Shown: piece after piece, positions 18,269 through 29,700 of the stretch
How positions within the stretch are numbered: the stretch's first letter is position 1
Layout: every line of letters begins with the position of its first letter
Source: a virus
IMG/VR virus record: IMGVR_UViG_3300045988_181536
Span: 96,001-160,000 of that record
Reading direction: 5' to 3' (one strand)
Length of the DNA: 64,000 nucleotides
Made by a program: the position numbers and the translations under genes
Notes under the pieces: generated by a model
The model's database searches: none
Seen by the model: the letters and a program-made list of their open reading frames with translations, nothing else
What the model was told of the DNA's origin: nothing

Positions 18269-20584
18269 TCAGAATACAAAGGCTTTCCTTATTTCATCCA
18301 TCAAGTTATTATGGTTTTCCCTAATGGTATTTGCGCATACCTGAAGATAAGCGGGATACCACTTAATGTTGGATGTGCCCTTTGATACAACATTTTTCAT
18401 CCAAGAAGTAAAGTATCCTATAAAAGATACGTGGTCAATTGCATTCTTGAAATCCTTAAAGCAATCGGCATATAAGCTGCCTTTTCCGGTGCCGAAGGTT
18501 TTATGTACAGCCAAAGCTACAGCTTCAAAGATTTGTTGAATATAGGGCGTTTTGTCACAATGACCTTCAGCCATTTCAGTAAACAATATTTGCAGAATAT
18601 TTGACAAATGGTCATAAATCGCAGCTTTATCTTTGCAACGGAAACCTAAGAAACGGGTATTTATAGGTCCTTGATAAAGCGGATGACCTTGATAATCCGG
18701 CAGATCATTCTCTACAGGCATATTGTTAATATACTCCACAACCTTTGGAGGCAGCTGATCTAAATTTCGCAGAAGACGCAGTGACTGCATGCTGTGAATT
18801 AAGCGCTTGGGGAACAACGCCCTGCTTTCATGACCGAATAAGTCGCAAATCCTAAGTTTCTCTTCCATAGGAATGCTGTTATATTTTTCATGTCTGCAAA
18901 GATAAGAGCACATGCTCCTATGCCACCAGTTAGGCATAACATCCGCCTTTACATTCGGATTTTTATTTAACTGATCCGCGTGTAAAATCTTTTGATAATC
19001 ATTTATAAATTCATCCAACAAAGACTTAGGTTCAGGAATAGATCCAGGGAACAAAGCGTCCTCTGCCATAATAACTTCAAGCGTAGGACGGAAACGCTGT
19101 ACTTTGCCTATGCTGCGAACATTTTTCCGAAGTTCTTTAAGTTCTTCAATGGCCTCATTTAAATCTATTTCATATTCGCTTTTATTTATTCCAGTCCAAG
19201 CATTTCCTGGCTGAATAGGAAATACCTTTTCAGGTTCTTGATTTAACCTTGCGGCCTTTTCTGCAATTGCCTTCTGCCTTTGTTCGAAAATGGTTATGCT
19301 GTAATCTATTGCTTCCTGAATGTCTTTAATATGGTTGCTGCGACGTTCCAGAGATTTAAAAAACCTAAACGGAGCCAAATAAACCGCATGCAAAGATTCG
19401 CTTAAAAATCTATAACTCATCACTGAAGAGAATTGTTTTTCAGGACGAATATATTTTCCAAGATAACGCTTGCTTATGGACTTAAGATCCTTTTGAAATC
19501 TTTCCCATTTGCGGCATTTATCCGCTTGAATTGTATCCTCTAAAGATTCTGTGCCCTGGGGCTTGGCTGGAGGAGACCATTTGAGGGCTTTTCTGTCCAC
19601 CTCCATATAGTCTATTATGGTTTTATTGGAATCATTTCCTGTATGTGCGCTGCAAGCAACTCTAAGTTCATTCAACATCTTCCAATAGCTTTTTTTGCAG
19701 AATCTGCCACCCATAGAATTGATAAGATTCTTAAGATAAAGAATATTGGGAAGATGATGCTGTATATCACCTTCTCGCTTACGTTCTAAATCAAGATAAA
19801 GCGAATGATAAAACTTGGTTCCGTGAAGCTTATTGGATATGAACTTGAAATTCATCATTACCGCCATATTCGGATTTGACGGGCAATAATCCAAAGACAT
19901 GTCTAAGAGATGAAGCGCATGTGTATCTGCCAAGGAGCAATGATTGTAATTGGCATATTGTATGCGCTTTAATTGAGGATTATAACCTGCAAAAAACTTA
20001 ACAGACTTAAGCCCCCTTTCTGGAACATTGCAACGACGATCAGATAAAGTCCAGCCGTAACCGTTGGTGGCTTTAGGGTTTTTTTCAGCCCATTCCTTCT
20101 CAAGCTGTGCTCTTTTCTGAGCACGTTCCTTTGCCTGTTGCTCCTTTTTTAAGGCTGCTTCTTTTTCCAGCTTTTCCTTTTTTAAAGCCTCTTCCTTGGC
20201 CTTTCTTCTCTCTGCAAGCATCTGTTGATAGATTGCTCTGCCTTTTGCAATAGCTTGTCTTCTACGCTCTCTGTCTTCTTCGGAGATATTTAAAGGCTTA
20301 GTGACTTTGTAACCCTTGGGGCGTCGAAAACGATATTTGTCCAACTTGGCTTTAGCTAATTCTAAAACTTTTTCTGAAACCGTATATTTCCTCTTGCCAG
20401 TTTTCGTGGCTCTATCTGCAGCCACTAAATTCATGCAACATTGTACTAAAGTTTTTTGATTTGCTTTAAGCTTATCTTGATCCAAACGTCCAGTTCCACC
20501 CCCGCGAGCTCTGTGCACCTTCTCGTTCAGGATGCTCTTAGACATATCGCAGTATTCTTCTGTATTACCAATAGTTGTTGCCAT
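18269..20584 (-). CDS. hypothetical 771-aa protein with a Lys/Glu coiled-coil segment; the only large minus-strand gene besides tnpB
   Basis: 'KAKEEALKKEKLEKEAALKKEQQAKERAQKRAQLEKE' coiled coil. No catalytic motif recognised. It is transcribed divergently from the 1.2-kb non-coding hub. Confidence 0.5.
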   Translation of the reverse strand: MATTIGNTEEYCDMSKSILNEKVHRARGGGTGRLDQDKLKANQKTLVQCCMNLVAADRATKTGKRKYTVSEKVLELAKAKLDKYRFRRPKGYKVTKPLNISEEDRERRRQAIAKGRAIYQQMLAERRKAKEEALKKEKLEKEAALKKEQQAKERAQKRAQLEKEWAEKNPKATNGYGWTLSDRRCNVPERGLKSVKFFAGYNPQLKRIQYANYNHCSLADTHALHLLDMSLDYCPSNPNMAVMMNFKFISNKLHGTKFYHSLYLDLERKREGDIQHHLPNILYLKNLINSMGGRFCKKSYWKMLNELRVACSAHTGNDSNKTIIDYMEVDRKALKWSPPAKPQGTESLEDTIQADKCRKWERFQKDLKSISKRYLGKYIRPEKQFSSVMSYRFLSESLHAVYLAPFRFFKSLERRSNHIKDIQEAIDYSITIFEQRQKAIAEKAARLNQEPEKVFPIQPGNAWTGINKSEYEIDLNEAIEELKELRKNVRSIGKVQRFRPTLEVIMAEDALFPGSIPEPKSLLDEFINDYQKILHADQLNKNPNVKADVMPNWWHRSMCSYLCRHEKYNSIPMEEKLRICDLFGHESRALFPKRLIHSMQSLRLLRNLDQLPPKVVEYINNMPVENDLPDYQGHPLYQGPINTRFLGFRCKDKAAIYDHLSNILQILFTEMAEGHCDKTPYIQQIFEAVALAVHKTFGTGKGSLYADCFKDFKNAIDHVSFIGYFTSWMKNVVSKGTSNIKWYPAYLQVCANTIRENHNNLMDEIRKAFVF

Positions 20585-20763
20585 AATCGTTGTTTTAAAT
20601 TTTTCGTTATCTTTTCAAATTTTTATTATCCAATCAAGAAAAATTTTCTTAAAACCTGTAAAATTTTTAATAAGTATATAAAAATTAATGAGTTAAAGTT
20701 AAAATTTTTCTGATTCATGGTTGTTTATGTTGAATTTTAGGATTAGTGTGCCTTATTGGAAGA

Positions 20764-20786
20764 ACCTATTACTATTTCTGAATAGC
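20764..20786 (+). repeat. 23-bp direct repeat copy 1 'acctattactatttctgaatagc' (internally palindromic ctatt...aatag)
   Basis: Exact 23-nt match with 21548-21570. Confidence 0.9.
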
Positions 20787-20791
20787 TAATC

Positions 20792-20912
20792 GGCCAACTT
20801 TTTGGTTAACATGGCGAGAGCGTAGCCCTCGCCTACACTCTGCATGTTAAATGTTAAAGATGCTTTAATGTTACAAATTAAAAGTCAAACATTAAAGATA
20901 AAAAAGTTGGCC
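20792..20912 (+). promoter_or_regulatory. structured element with a 12-bp long-range inverted repeat 'ggccaacttttt...aaaaagttggcc' enclosing nested palindromes (ttaacatg/catgttaa; ctttaatgtt/aacattaaag) and a GC hairpin 'ggcgagagcgtagccctcgcc'
   Basis: Read directly from the sequence. No ORF. Confidence 0.5.
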
Positions 20913-21547
20913 TTTACGAACCTCTCATGTTCATGCCATCGGTCAACGCCCGATGTCACTTTTTCCGTTACTAAGATCTTGCGCCCCTACGGGGCGCTGG
21001 CGGAACCCCTGTAACTCCGCAATTTTTACGAAAATTGGCGCGAAAAACTGTTTAAATTCTCCAAAATTACATAGGAAAAAATGTGTCATTGCTAAAAATT
21101 GCAGTGCATTTGCCCGCTGTAAATAGACTAAAAAATAGCCAAATGATCAAAACGGAAATCTGGAACAATAGCTATATGCAGGAAAAAATGGGCTTAGAAT
21201 CTTTTTTAAATTTAAAGGTATATAAATATATAGCCTAAAAGCTAAAAATCATTTTTAAGGGCGTTTATTCGCGTTTTTTAATTTTATCGCTGGGTCAGAA
21301 CTAAATCCCTAAAAGCTGTATTAAGGGAGATTGCGTTATATCAAAAGTCGCCATGATAGCTATTATAAAAACGCTAAGTCTATTATACTGTGAAAATAAG
21401 CCCTAATTTCCCTTCCCCTGCACCCCTACCTTTGAATGAATATATTTTTATCTTCGAATTAACATTCTCGATAAAAAGCTTTTTATATTCTATCTGCATA
21501 AATGCATCTAGCATATAAAAAGAAAAATTATTAACATAATTTTTTCT

Positions 21548-21570
21548 ACCTATTACTATTTCTGAATAGC
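21548..21570 (+). repeat. 23-bp direct repeat copy 2
   Basis: Exact match with 20764-20786. Confidence 0.9.
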
Positions 21571-21572
21571 AA

Positions 21573-21628
21573 AATAGTATTACCTTCGGAACTGCGTTCC
21601 TGCGGTAATACTATTTATTTTCTTTTTT
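21573..21628 (+). terminator. strong intrinsic terminator or 3' end of a long non-coding RNA
   Basis: 12-bp perfect stem 'aatagtattacc/ggtaatactatt' with an inner 'ggaac/gttcc' helix, followed by 'tattttctttttt'. Confidence 0.65.
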
Positions 21629-21811
21629 AAAGGTGTTAAAATTTAAAGAGAAGAATCTTAAAAGAATTAGAGAAAAAATAACCAAAATTTAAAATGACAA
21701 TAAAACACCATACAATAATCCTAAATTAAAAAGCGATTATTGCATATCCATTAAGTAAAATTTTTTAAATAAAAAAAAAACAAACCATGTGTAAGTGTCA
21801 ATAGAAATTTC

Positions 21812-23182
21812 TTGATTAGTAAATCAATCCCATGCTTCAATCTATATCCCACAATGAGCACAGCTAAAACCTACATACTTGATGACAGATTATTAAAAAT
21901 AGATCTGTCCGCTTTGGAAAAAACATGCACAGCATTGAATTTTAAGTTAAGTCAACAAATACAAAGATTAGTTACGCGATTGCTTACAGTACATTTTACA
22001 GGCAAGTTGCATGTCATAGATCATAACCATTTGGAATTATCATTGCCTGATCCAGAATTATTGCAGGATGATGGTCCTAAAGAGTTAATGTCCAAGCATC
22101 TTTATGTAAACTTATCAAAATTTGCAGCAGAGGGTCATAATTGCGCTGCACGCTGTGTTAAAACCAATCGGTTTTATAATATAAAGGATTTGTTGGAAAT
22201 GCGTCCCATAGGATTAAGACATAAAGACAAGTCTTATAAATGGTATATAACTTGGGATCCGGATAAATTTTTAAAGAATTATAAAAATAAAGATTTATTG
22301 ACCTCTTCTTTAGTATTTAATTCCGAAGATGCTTTAGAGAATAAATGGATTTCTCCCGGCACATGCATTCCACTAAATAAATTGCCTGTATCCCATCCTG
22401 CAGTCTCTTATTTAAATGACAGGGGTTATACAGATATGGATGCTCTTGTCCGCCAGTTTAACGCTTCGTTTTGCACTGAGGAAAACCCGCAACTTAAACA
22501 TCTAAAATTCGGTAAGGATACTGAAGGCTATATAATTGACCCTTTTAAATTCTTTACCCCTCAAGGGTGTATTATTTTTACCGCTTTTCAATTAGGCCAG
22601 CCTAAATTATGGCAAGCAAGAATTTTAGATAAAAAATTAGGCAATGATAAATTGCATTATATGCATTTTGTCAATGACCCATTTAAAAGAATAAGCGGGT
22701 ATTATAAAGTAGCCGAAAAAGACGCTACAGGTAAATACATACCTTTACAGGGTGTGTCTGATTCCATTATAAAAAGAAAATATTATTTATCTCCAGGTTC
22801 TAAGGCCGGTAATGTTTTGATGGGTTATGATGCCGCGAGAGAATTTAATTTATCCCGTCCGTCAGGGAAGAAAGTTATAGGGCTTTGTGAAGGCGTTTTA
22901 GATGCTGCCAGAATGGGGCCGCCGTTTTGCGCTTATTTGGGAGGCGCTTTGTCCGTAGGACAGCTAAAATTAATTAGCAATGGCATGTTTGATAAAATAA
23001 TTCTTGCCGTAGACCATGATAAAGTCGGAAGCACTACGGCAGCTAAGTTGAGGCGTAGCATTTCTATGCTGGGAGGAATTGATATAGATGAATTAGACTA
23101 TCCTTTGAAGTTTAAAGATTTAGGAGAAATAACCGACAATAACCTGATTTTAGACTTAAAAAAACAATACGATTTATCTTGA
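21812..23182 (+). CDS. DnaG-like DNA primase (Toprim domain)
   Basis: Toprim 'CEGVLDAARMG' (E-G-x-x-D) and 'ILAVDHDKVG' (DxD). It lies between the helicase and the polymerase genes. Confidence 0.6.
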   Translation: MISKSIPCFNLYPTMSTAKTYILDDRLLKIDLSALEKTCTALNFKLSQQIQRLVTRLLTVHFTGKLHVIDHNHLELSLPDPELLQDDGPKELMSKHLYVNLSKFAAEGHNCAARCVKTNRFYNIKDLLEMRPIGLRHKDKSYKWYITWDPDKFLKNYKNKDLLTSSLVFNSEDALENKWISPGTCIPLNKLPVSHPAVSYLNDRGYTDMDALVRQFNASFCTEENPQLKHLKFGKDTEGYIIDPFKFFTPQGCIIFTAFQLGQPKLWQARILDKKLGNDKLHYMHFVNDPFKRISGYYKVAEKDATGKYIPLQGVSDSIIKRKYYLSPGSKAGNVLMGYDAAREFNLSRPSGKKVIGLCEGVLDAARMGPPFCAYLGGALSVGQLKLISNGMFDKIILAVDHDKVGSTTAAKLRRSISMLGGIDIDELDYPLKFKDLGEITDNNLILDLKKQYDLS

Positions 23183-23217
23183 AAGTTAATTAAATATAAA
23201 GAATCTAAACCAACACT

Positions 23218-26200
23218 ATGGAAGAACAAGTAAAAACAAAAACCACGGATAATCCGGATCCGTTTACGAATGAGTTTTCCCGACAGATTTGGGAAGTAAC
23301 CTATAAAACGCAAAATGAAAAGAGTATTACAGATACGTGGAAACGTGTGGCAAATGCTGTAGCCAATGTAGAAAAGGATGAAGAATCCAAAAGATTTTAT
23401 GCTGAGGCTTTTTATGAGATTTTAAAAGATTTTAAGTTTATACCCGGAGGTCGTATATTGGCCAATGCAGGGGGTAGTTGTAAGAATGTCTCTCTCGTCA
23501 ACTGTTATCTCTCACCTGCTCCCAAATACGACATGGATTCCGTTGAAGGAATTATGGAGGTATTAAAGAACCAGGTTTTAACTTTAAAATCTGAAGGAGG
23601 CTGGGGTTTAAATTGTAGTTTTATTCGTCCCAGAGGTTCTTATATAGAAGGCATAGGTGCCAGAACCCCCGGTGCTGTAAAGTATTTGGAGCTGTTTGAT
23701 AAAAGTTCCGAAATTATTACGGAAGGTCCAGGAGAGTATTACATAGAGAATAAAGAAAAAACGCCTAAGAATGAAAAGAAGAAAATTCGCAAGGGTGCAA
23801 TGATGCTTTGTTTAAGCTGCTGGCATCCTGATATATACGAATTTATTACTGCCAAACAAAAGCCGTTTCATCTAACTAAAATGAATATGTCCGTAAATGT
23901 TACCAATGCTTTTATGGATATTTTAAATAGAGTTAACGAGCTTGTTAAAAACAATGCTTCGCAGGAAGAAATCGATGCTGTTGATTTTTGGCAATTGAGA
24001 TTTCCTGATACGGCTTTTGAAAAGTATAAATCCGAATGGGATGGAGACTTGGATAAATGGGAGAAAAAAGGTTATCCTGTAAAAGTTTATCGTACAGTAA
24101 GGGCTACTGATCTATGGGAAGCCTTAATGCAGTCTACCAGCAATCGTTCGGAGCCTGGAGTTTTATTTCTCGATAGGGCAAATGAGACACATTGCGCAAA
24201 TTATATCCCTGAGTTGCAATTAGTTGGGACAAATCCTTGTCTTACTGGAGATACCAAAGTTGCTGTTGCTGACGGGCGTACAAATGTGACTATTAAAGAG
24301 TTGGCCGAAGCTGGCAGAGATGTTCCGGTGTTAGCTTGTGATAATGCTGGCAATATTGTTACAAAGTTAATGCGTAATCCTCGTATTACAGGCTATAATA
24401 AAGATATTTATCGAGTGACTTTAGATGATGGTAATCATATTGATTGCACGTCTAATCATAAGTTTAGATTGTCTGATGGAACATATAAAGAGGTAAAAGA
24501 TTTATCAACAGGTGTAGCTTTGCACACAAATACGTTAAGTGTAGAAGAGTATAAACGTTATTTAGTGCAGGAAGTTTTAAATACGGAAATTACCCCTAAT
24601 CTTCAGCTTGATTCCGTACAACAACTGTGTGAAGAAGCAAAGTCTCAGGGTTATGAGGTAAAAATAGATAATAACATAGTTTTGGTTAAGAGGGTTTGTG
24701 AGGAATGTGGAAAAGAACATTTTGTTCCATTTACTCATCGCGAAATTGCGTTTTGTTCTCTGGAATGTTTAAATACCCATTTGAATAAAGAAAAAATCGC
24801 TGCCAAAACCACAAATACTGATTTAGATGTAATATCTGCTGAGGATTGGCCTGTAAGGTTTGTTTCGTCTATTGAATATATAGGCAAACAAGATGTCTAT
24901 ACCGGTACAGTTGATGATGTGCATAATTATTGCGTTGGGATGTTTGAAACTGTGAATGAACATGGACATCCAAAATTTTATATACTTAATAATCAGCAGT
25001 GCGGAGAGCAGGTTTTATACAGCGGAGGATGCTGCAACTTAGGATCCATCAATCTTACGGCATTTATAGAGTACGATGAAACTAAACATGCCGCCGTTTT
25101 TAACTTTCAGAAGTTCTCTGATATTGTTCCTTATTGCGTAAGATTCTTGGATAATGTCATAGACATTGCCAATCTGCCTTTGGAAGAATATAAATATATG
25201 GCTGAAAGTTATCGAAGAATCGGGCTTGGTATTACAGGCATAGGCTCTGCTTTAATGATGTTGGGTCTAAAATACGATTCTAAGGAAGCTAAAGACTTTT
25301 TAACTAAAGTTTTTGATGTTTATAATTTCTTAGGGATAAGGGCAAGTATCGCTTTAGCTAAATGTAAAGGTGCGTTTAAAGGATGCAATCCTGCAAAACA
25401 TGCTGATAATATAAAATATACGTTTAGACATTTACCGAAGTATATATTGGATGCTTTGCAAAAAGAATTGTTAGAAACTAACGGCATCCGCAATTCAGCC
25501 TTGTTCTCAGTCCAACCGACAGGCAATACAGGGTGTCTAGCCAATAATATTTCAGGCGGTGTGGAACCTGTGTTTCAGTTAGAATACTACAGAATTGTTG
25601 GAGTGCCGATTGTTCCTGAAAGCATAAAAGATAAATGTCCTAGGTTCTGGGAGGGGGATTTTACTCCGAACAATTATTTCAAAGAAGTTAAATACGCAGA
25701 TTTTACTTACTTGTCTTACGTAACTGAAGCTGGCCAAGAATATCAGATACATAAAGATAGAGGTCTGTGTGAAAAAGTAAAAATTCGAGATTATGCTTAC
25801 CAATGGATCTTGGATCATAATTTAGAATATCCACAGGAAGTTTTTACAACAGCTATGCAACTACCTGTTGAATCTCATTTGGAAATTCTGAAATTAGTAT
25901 CTGCACATTTGGATTCCGCTGTAAGTAAAACGATAAATGTTGGCAAGGATTACCCTTATGAACAGTTTAAGAATGTTTATTTAGATGCATATAATAGCGG
26001 AGTAATAAAAGGAGTTACGACTTATCGTGAGGGTTCTATGAGTGCAGTATTGCAAACTACGGATTCGAAAGATGACGTAAATCCTACATCTACATCGATT
26101 ATTCATCCTACTATTACTGCTGAGAAACGTCCTGATATATTGCCGTGTAGAGTATTTTTTAGAACGGTAAAAGGAATATCTTATTACTTTATTGTAAGTT

Positions 26201-26664
26201 TCTTGGAAAATAGTCCGTTTGAGATGTTTATTGACATAAATGAAGATAACATTTTTGACGAGGATGGAGAATGGGTTGAGCGCCGTCGCATTATACCCAA
26301 GACTGTAAAGGAAGGAACTTTAAAGAAGTTGGGTAAGGCTACGTTCGAGTTTGTATCTAAAGATGAGAAATTTATATTTAAAATTGTAAAAGCCAATGAG
26401 TCTTCAGATAAAGCCACATTAACAGCCCTTGCTCGTTTGGTGGCTTTGAATTTGCAGTCCGGTGTATCAGTGAAAGAGATAATACATCAGCTATCTAAAA
26501 CCGAAGGGGATTTTACTTCAATTGTGAAAGCAATTAACAAAGTATTGTCTCAGTGTGCTGGTAAAGTTGATCTTGGAGAAACATGCCCTGTTTGCGGAGG
26601 TAAAGTGTTACGTGAAGAGGGATGTAAAAAATGCTATGCATGTGGATGGTCTGCATGCGGCTAA
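23218..26664 (+). CDS. ribonucleotide reductase catalytic subunit, probably class II (NrdJ-like, monomeric) with a C-terminal zinc ribbon, interrupted by an intein at the NPC active-site motif
   Basis: 'SEGGWGLNCSFIRPRGSYIEG' loop. 'EPGVLFLDRAN...VGTNP|C' then an intein. The extein resumes 'CGEQVLYSGGCCNLGSINL'. C-terminal 'CPVCGG...CKKCYACGWSACG'. No NrdB is adjacent. Confidence 0.8.
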   Translation: MEEQVKTKTTDNPDPFTNEFSRQIWEVTYKTQNEKSITDTWKRVANAVANVEKDEESKRFYAEAFYEILKDFKFIPGGRILANAGGSCKNVSLVNCYLSPAPKYDMDSVEGIMEVLKNQVLTLKSEGGWGLNCSFIRPRGSYIEGIGARTPGAVKYLELFDKSSEIITEGPGEYYIENKEKTPKNEKKKIRKGAMMLCLSCWHPDIYEFITAKQKPFHLTKMNMSVNVTNAFMDILNRVNELVKNNASQEEIDAVDFWQLRFPDTAFEKYKSEWDGDLDKWEKKGYPVKVYRTVRATDLWEALMQSTSNRSEPGVLFLDRANETHCANYIPELQLVGTNPCLTGDTKVAVADGRTNVTIKELAEAGRDVPVLACDNAGNIVTKLMRNPRITGYNKDIYRVTLDDGNHIDCTSNHKFRLSDGTYKEVKDLSTGVALHTNTLSVEEYKRYLVQEVLNTEITPNLQLDSVQQLCEEAKSQGYEVKIDNNIVLVKRVCEECGKEHFVPFTHREIAFCSLECLNTHLNKEKIAAKTTNTDLDVISAEDWPVRFVSSIEYIGKQDVYTGTVDDVHNYCVGMFETVNEHGHPKFYILNNQQCGEQVLYSGGCCNLGSINLTAFIEYDETKHAAVFNFQKFSDIVPYCVRFLDNVIDIANLPLEEYKYMAESYRRIGLGITGIGSALMMLGLKYDSKEAKDFLTKVFDVYNFLGIRASIALAKCKGAFKGCNPAKHADNIKYTFRHLPKYILDALQKELLETNGIRNSALFSVQPTGNTGCLANNISGGVEPVFQLEYYRIVGVPIVPESIKDKCPRFWEGDFTPNNYFKEVKYADFTYLSYVTEAGQEYQIHKDRGLCEKVKIRDYAYQWILDHNLEYPQEVFTTAMQLPVESHLEILKLVSAHLDSAVSKTINVGKDYPYEQFKNVYLDAYNSGVIKGVTTYREGSMSAVLQTTDSKDDVNPTSTSIIHPTITAEKRPDILPCRVFFRTVKGISYYFIVSFLENSPFEMFIDINEDNIFDEDGEWVERRRIIPKTVKEGTLKKLGKATFEFVSKDEKFIFKIVKANESSDKATLTALARLVALNLQSGVSVKEIIHQLSKTEGDFTSIVKAINKVLSQCAGKVDLGETCPVCGGKVLREEGCKKCYACGWSACG
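24238..24999 (+). mobile_element. intein (~254 aa) inserted in the RNR NPC|GE motif; contains a Cys-rich insert, possibly a degenerate endonuclease
   Basis: N-terminal splice block A 'CLTGDTKVAV', block B 'TSNH', block F 'VYTGTVDDVHNY'. The apparent C-terminal junction is '...ILNNQQ|CGEQ', where the terminal Gln is unusual. The insert is 'VCEECGKEHFVPFTHREIAFCSLEC'. Confidence 0.65.
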
Positions 26665-26717
26665 TTTAAACTTAACAAACGACGGGCAAGACTTCCTGCC
26701 CGTCGTTTTTAAAAACC

Positions 26718-29700
26718 ATGAGAGAAAGCGAAATTAATTTACCCCCCGTGAATATGGATTTGCCATGTCCTAAATTGGCAGATTTTTGCGGAGATTTATC
26801 GTATAAACGTTGTAAGGATGACTTAACTCCCGAAAACGATAATGTAGTATTTTTAAATGGTGTAGGCAGGTTAAATGCGGATATAATGTTTTTAACTGCG
26901 GCGCCATTAAAAGAGGATGTGGATGCGAGATATTCTACACCTATGCATTTAAAATCGGGTGCCGGTGAAATGTTTCGCGCAATATGTTTGCAAAATGGCA
27001 TTGATATTGATGACTGTTATTTTACGTCATTAATAAAGTACGGAATAAAACAAAAGAATTTAAAAGGTTGTAAAAAGGATATAGATTATTGTTTGCCTTT
27101 GCTTCTGGAAGAATTTCAGTATTGTCACCCAAAAATTATAGTTTGCGTCGGTACGGAAGCGTGTGACTTTATTTTAAATTATAAAATAAGCGTATCAAAA
27201 TTGGAAGAGGCGTGGTTTTTTAGTCAAGAACACAACGCTCATGTGTTTGTAATTAGCAGTATTTATAATGCCTATTATAAGCCTGAATTGTACGATAAAT
27301 TAGATAAAGAGATAGGCATGTTGGCTGACTTTTATGATCATTTTCTACAAGGCAAGCCAATCGAGCAGATAAAGTGTGACTATCAATGTATTTCAACTTA
27401 TTCACAGTTATCCAATTTGTTAAATCAGCTTAAGTCTGAAGGTTATAAATTATTTGGAGTTGACTGCGAGTGGGGTAAACAATGTTTTGTAGACGGATAT
27501 CTTAGATCAATACAATTTGCATGGGCTCCAGGCAAGGCAGCTTATATAAACTTTAATAATGAACAAGCCGAATGGGTCTTTGATGCATCAAAAGAATCGG
27601 TATGTAAATTATTGCAAGATTTTTTTAATGACCCTGAAGTGCATTTTGTAGGGCATAACGGAGCGGCTGATGCTCAATGGATGTCAACACATTTGGGACT
27701 AAATGTGTATGACGGCAAGTTTATTTTTGACACCATGTTTGGTATTCAGACAGCTGATGAATATGCTGATCAAAAGTTGGAAAAATTAGCTGCCAAATAC
27801 ACAGATAAAGGCAGATATGATATTGATCTGATCTTATGGAAGAAAAATAATAAAGGCGTATCCTTTGATGAAGATGAAGGATATGGACAAGTTCCTTTGG
27901 AAATTCTTTACCCATATGGTTGTTCGGATGCCGATGTAACTTTAAGATTGTATCCGATTATTAAAGACATGTTAATTAAAGACGGCACTTATGATTATTT
28001 CATGAATATTAAGTTGCCGTTTGTTATTGATGGATTTACCTCCATGTCTATTGCGGGTGTGCCTTTTTGCACTGAGGATGCCAATAAAGCGCGAATAGCT
28101 TATCTGGCCGCAGGCGTAGTCATGCAAAAGTTGTTTATGCAAATGCTTAAAAAAGAGGCATATGATTTGTTTTATACGGAAGTGTCAAAAATTCCGCAGG
28201 AAACGCCTGTAGCGAATATTGCAGAAATTCAAAAGTTTTTTGATGATGAAAGATCTTTTGAAGATATTTTTAATCTGTTAAAAAAACTTTATGGGCGCAA
28301 AGCATTGCCTTTATTGCCGTTTGCTGAACATTATTACTATGTGGATGCCTTTAATCCCAATTCTGCAGAGCATAAAAAGAAATGGTTGTTTGACGTAAAG
28401 AAATACACGCCTATTAAAACAACTAAGCCGGAAGAGGGTAATGCAATACCCTGGGAAAGAGTATTAAAAATGTCCCCCGCTAAGCAGAAAAATTATAAGC
28501 CTGCTGTGGATAAAGATACTCTTAAAATATTTGCGGATAAAGGAGATGATTTATGTCTGCATTTATTGCAAATGAATGCAATTAATCAGATAACCAAGAA
28601 TTTTCTAAAAGGTGAAGAAGGCGGGCTGCAAAAGTTTTTAACTTCAGATGGAAGGCTGCATTCCAACTTCGTTATGACCGAAAGCTCACGGCCACGATCG
28701 TTTAAGCCTAACATCTTAAACATACCAAGATATGTTACAGATTACATAGACAAGGGTTTCACGAAAGTATTAAAGTATTTTAATATTACAGATAAATCTG
28801 ATTTGTCGGAGTTTAATGAAGATAATTTTAATGAAATCGTAAATTCTTTACGTGAAACTTACGGCATTACCGAAAATATAACGATAAAAGATATGGTGCC
28901 TGCACCGTTGCGCTGGTGCTTTAAAGCGCCTGAAGGGTATTGTTTTGTCGATGCAGACTATGCCACAGCTGAAGTATGGTCGATTGCATATTTGGCAAAT
29001 GATAAAAAGTTAATTTCCACTTTGAATGATCCGGATCCGCAATTTGCATTTAAAAAGATGCCTGATGGTTCGGAAAAACAAGTGCGTATAGCATATTGTG
29101 ATGACATTGTTGAATTTACTGAAGATGCAAAAGATCCTGCACTACTTGTAGATCCTAATGATCCGGATTTGGTGAGAAATAATGACGGGTCTCTAAAGCA
29201 TCCGAAACAAGATGTTCACTGGGTTGCAGTGGAAAATAAATTTATGCTTAACACACCCCGAGAAAAGTTAAACAAGAAGAAGACGAGAGATGCTGCGGGA
29301 AAGGTAGCTAATTTTTGTTCTGGCAAAGAAAATTACGTTTATACTTTAGAGGGTTATAAAAAAGCAAAGTTAATAAAACAAGGAGATATTTTAAAATCAA
29401 TATCCGGTTTTACAAAAACTTTATCTGTTACTGCTTTAAATGAGAGAGACTGCATTAAGATCAGATTAAGTTCCGGATTAGTGGCTACTTATCATAAATA
29501 TCATAAGCTTAGATGCTTTAATGGTACGGAAATGGTCTGGGTAAGAGTTAAAGATATCGATCCAAAAAGGCATAAAGTAGTTACCTTCAATCCGAGTTTT
29601 ACTGAAGTTATAGGCACTTTTAATGTTCCAAAAGATTCTTATACGGATTTTTATACAGAATTGAAATGTCGTGAAGGTGATAATACCTATCGCTTGCCTG

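Noticed and set aside
23218-26664. Class I (NrdA) assignment for the ribonucleotide reductase
   Set aside because: No NrdB small-subunit gene is adjacent, the gene encodes a single long chain, and it ends in a CxxC...CxxC zinc ribbon typical of monomeric class II enzymes. Class II is favoured but unproven without alignment.
26555-26737. Small ORF overlapping the RNR 3' end and the polymerase 5' end
   Set aside because: It lies inside the RNR C-terminal zinc-ribbon coding region, has no independent signals, and is likely non-coding.
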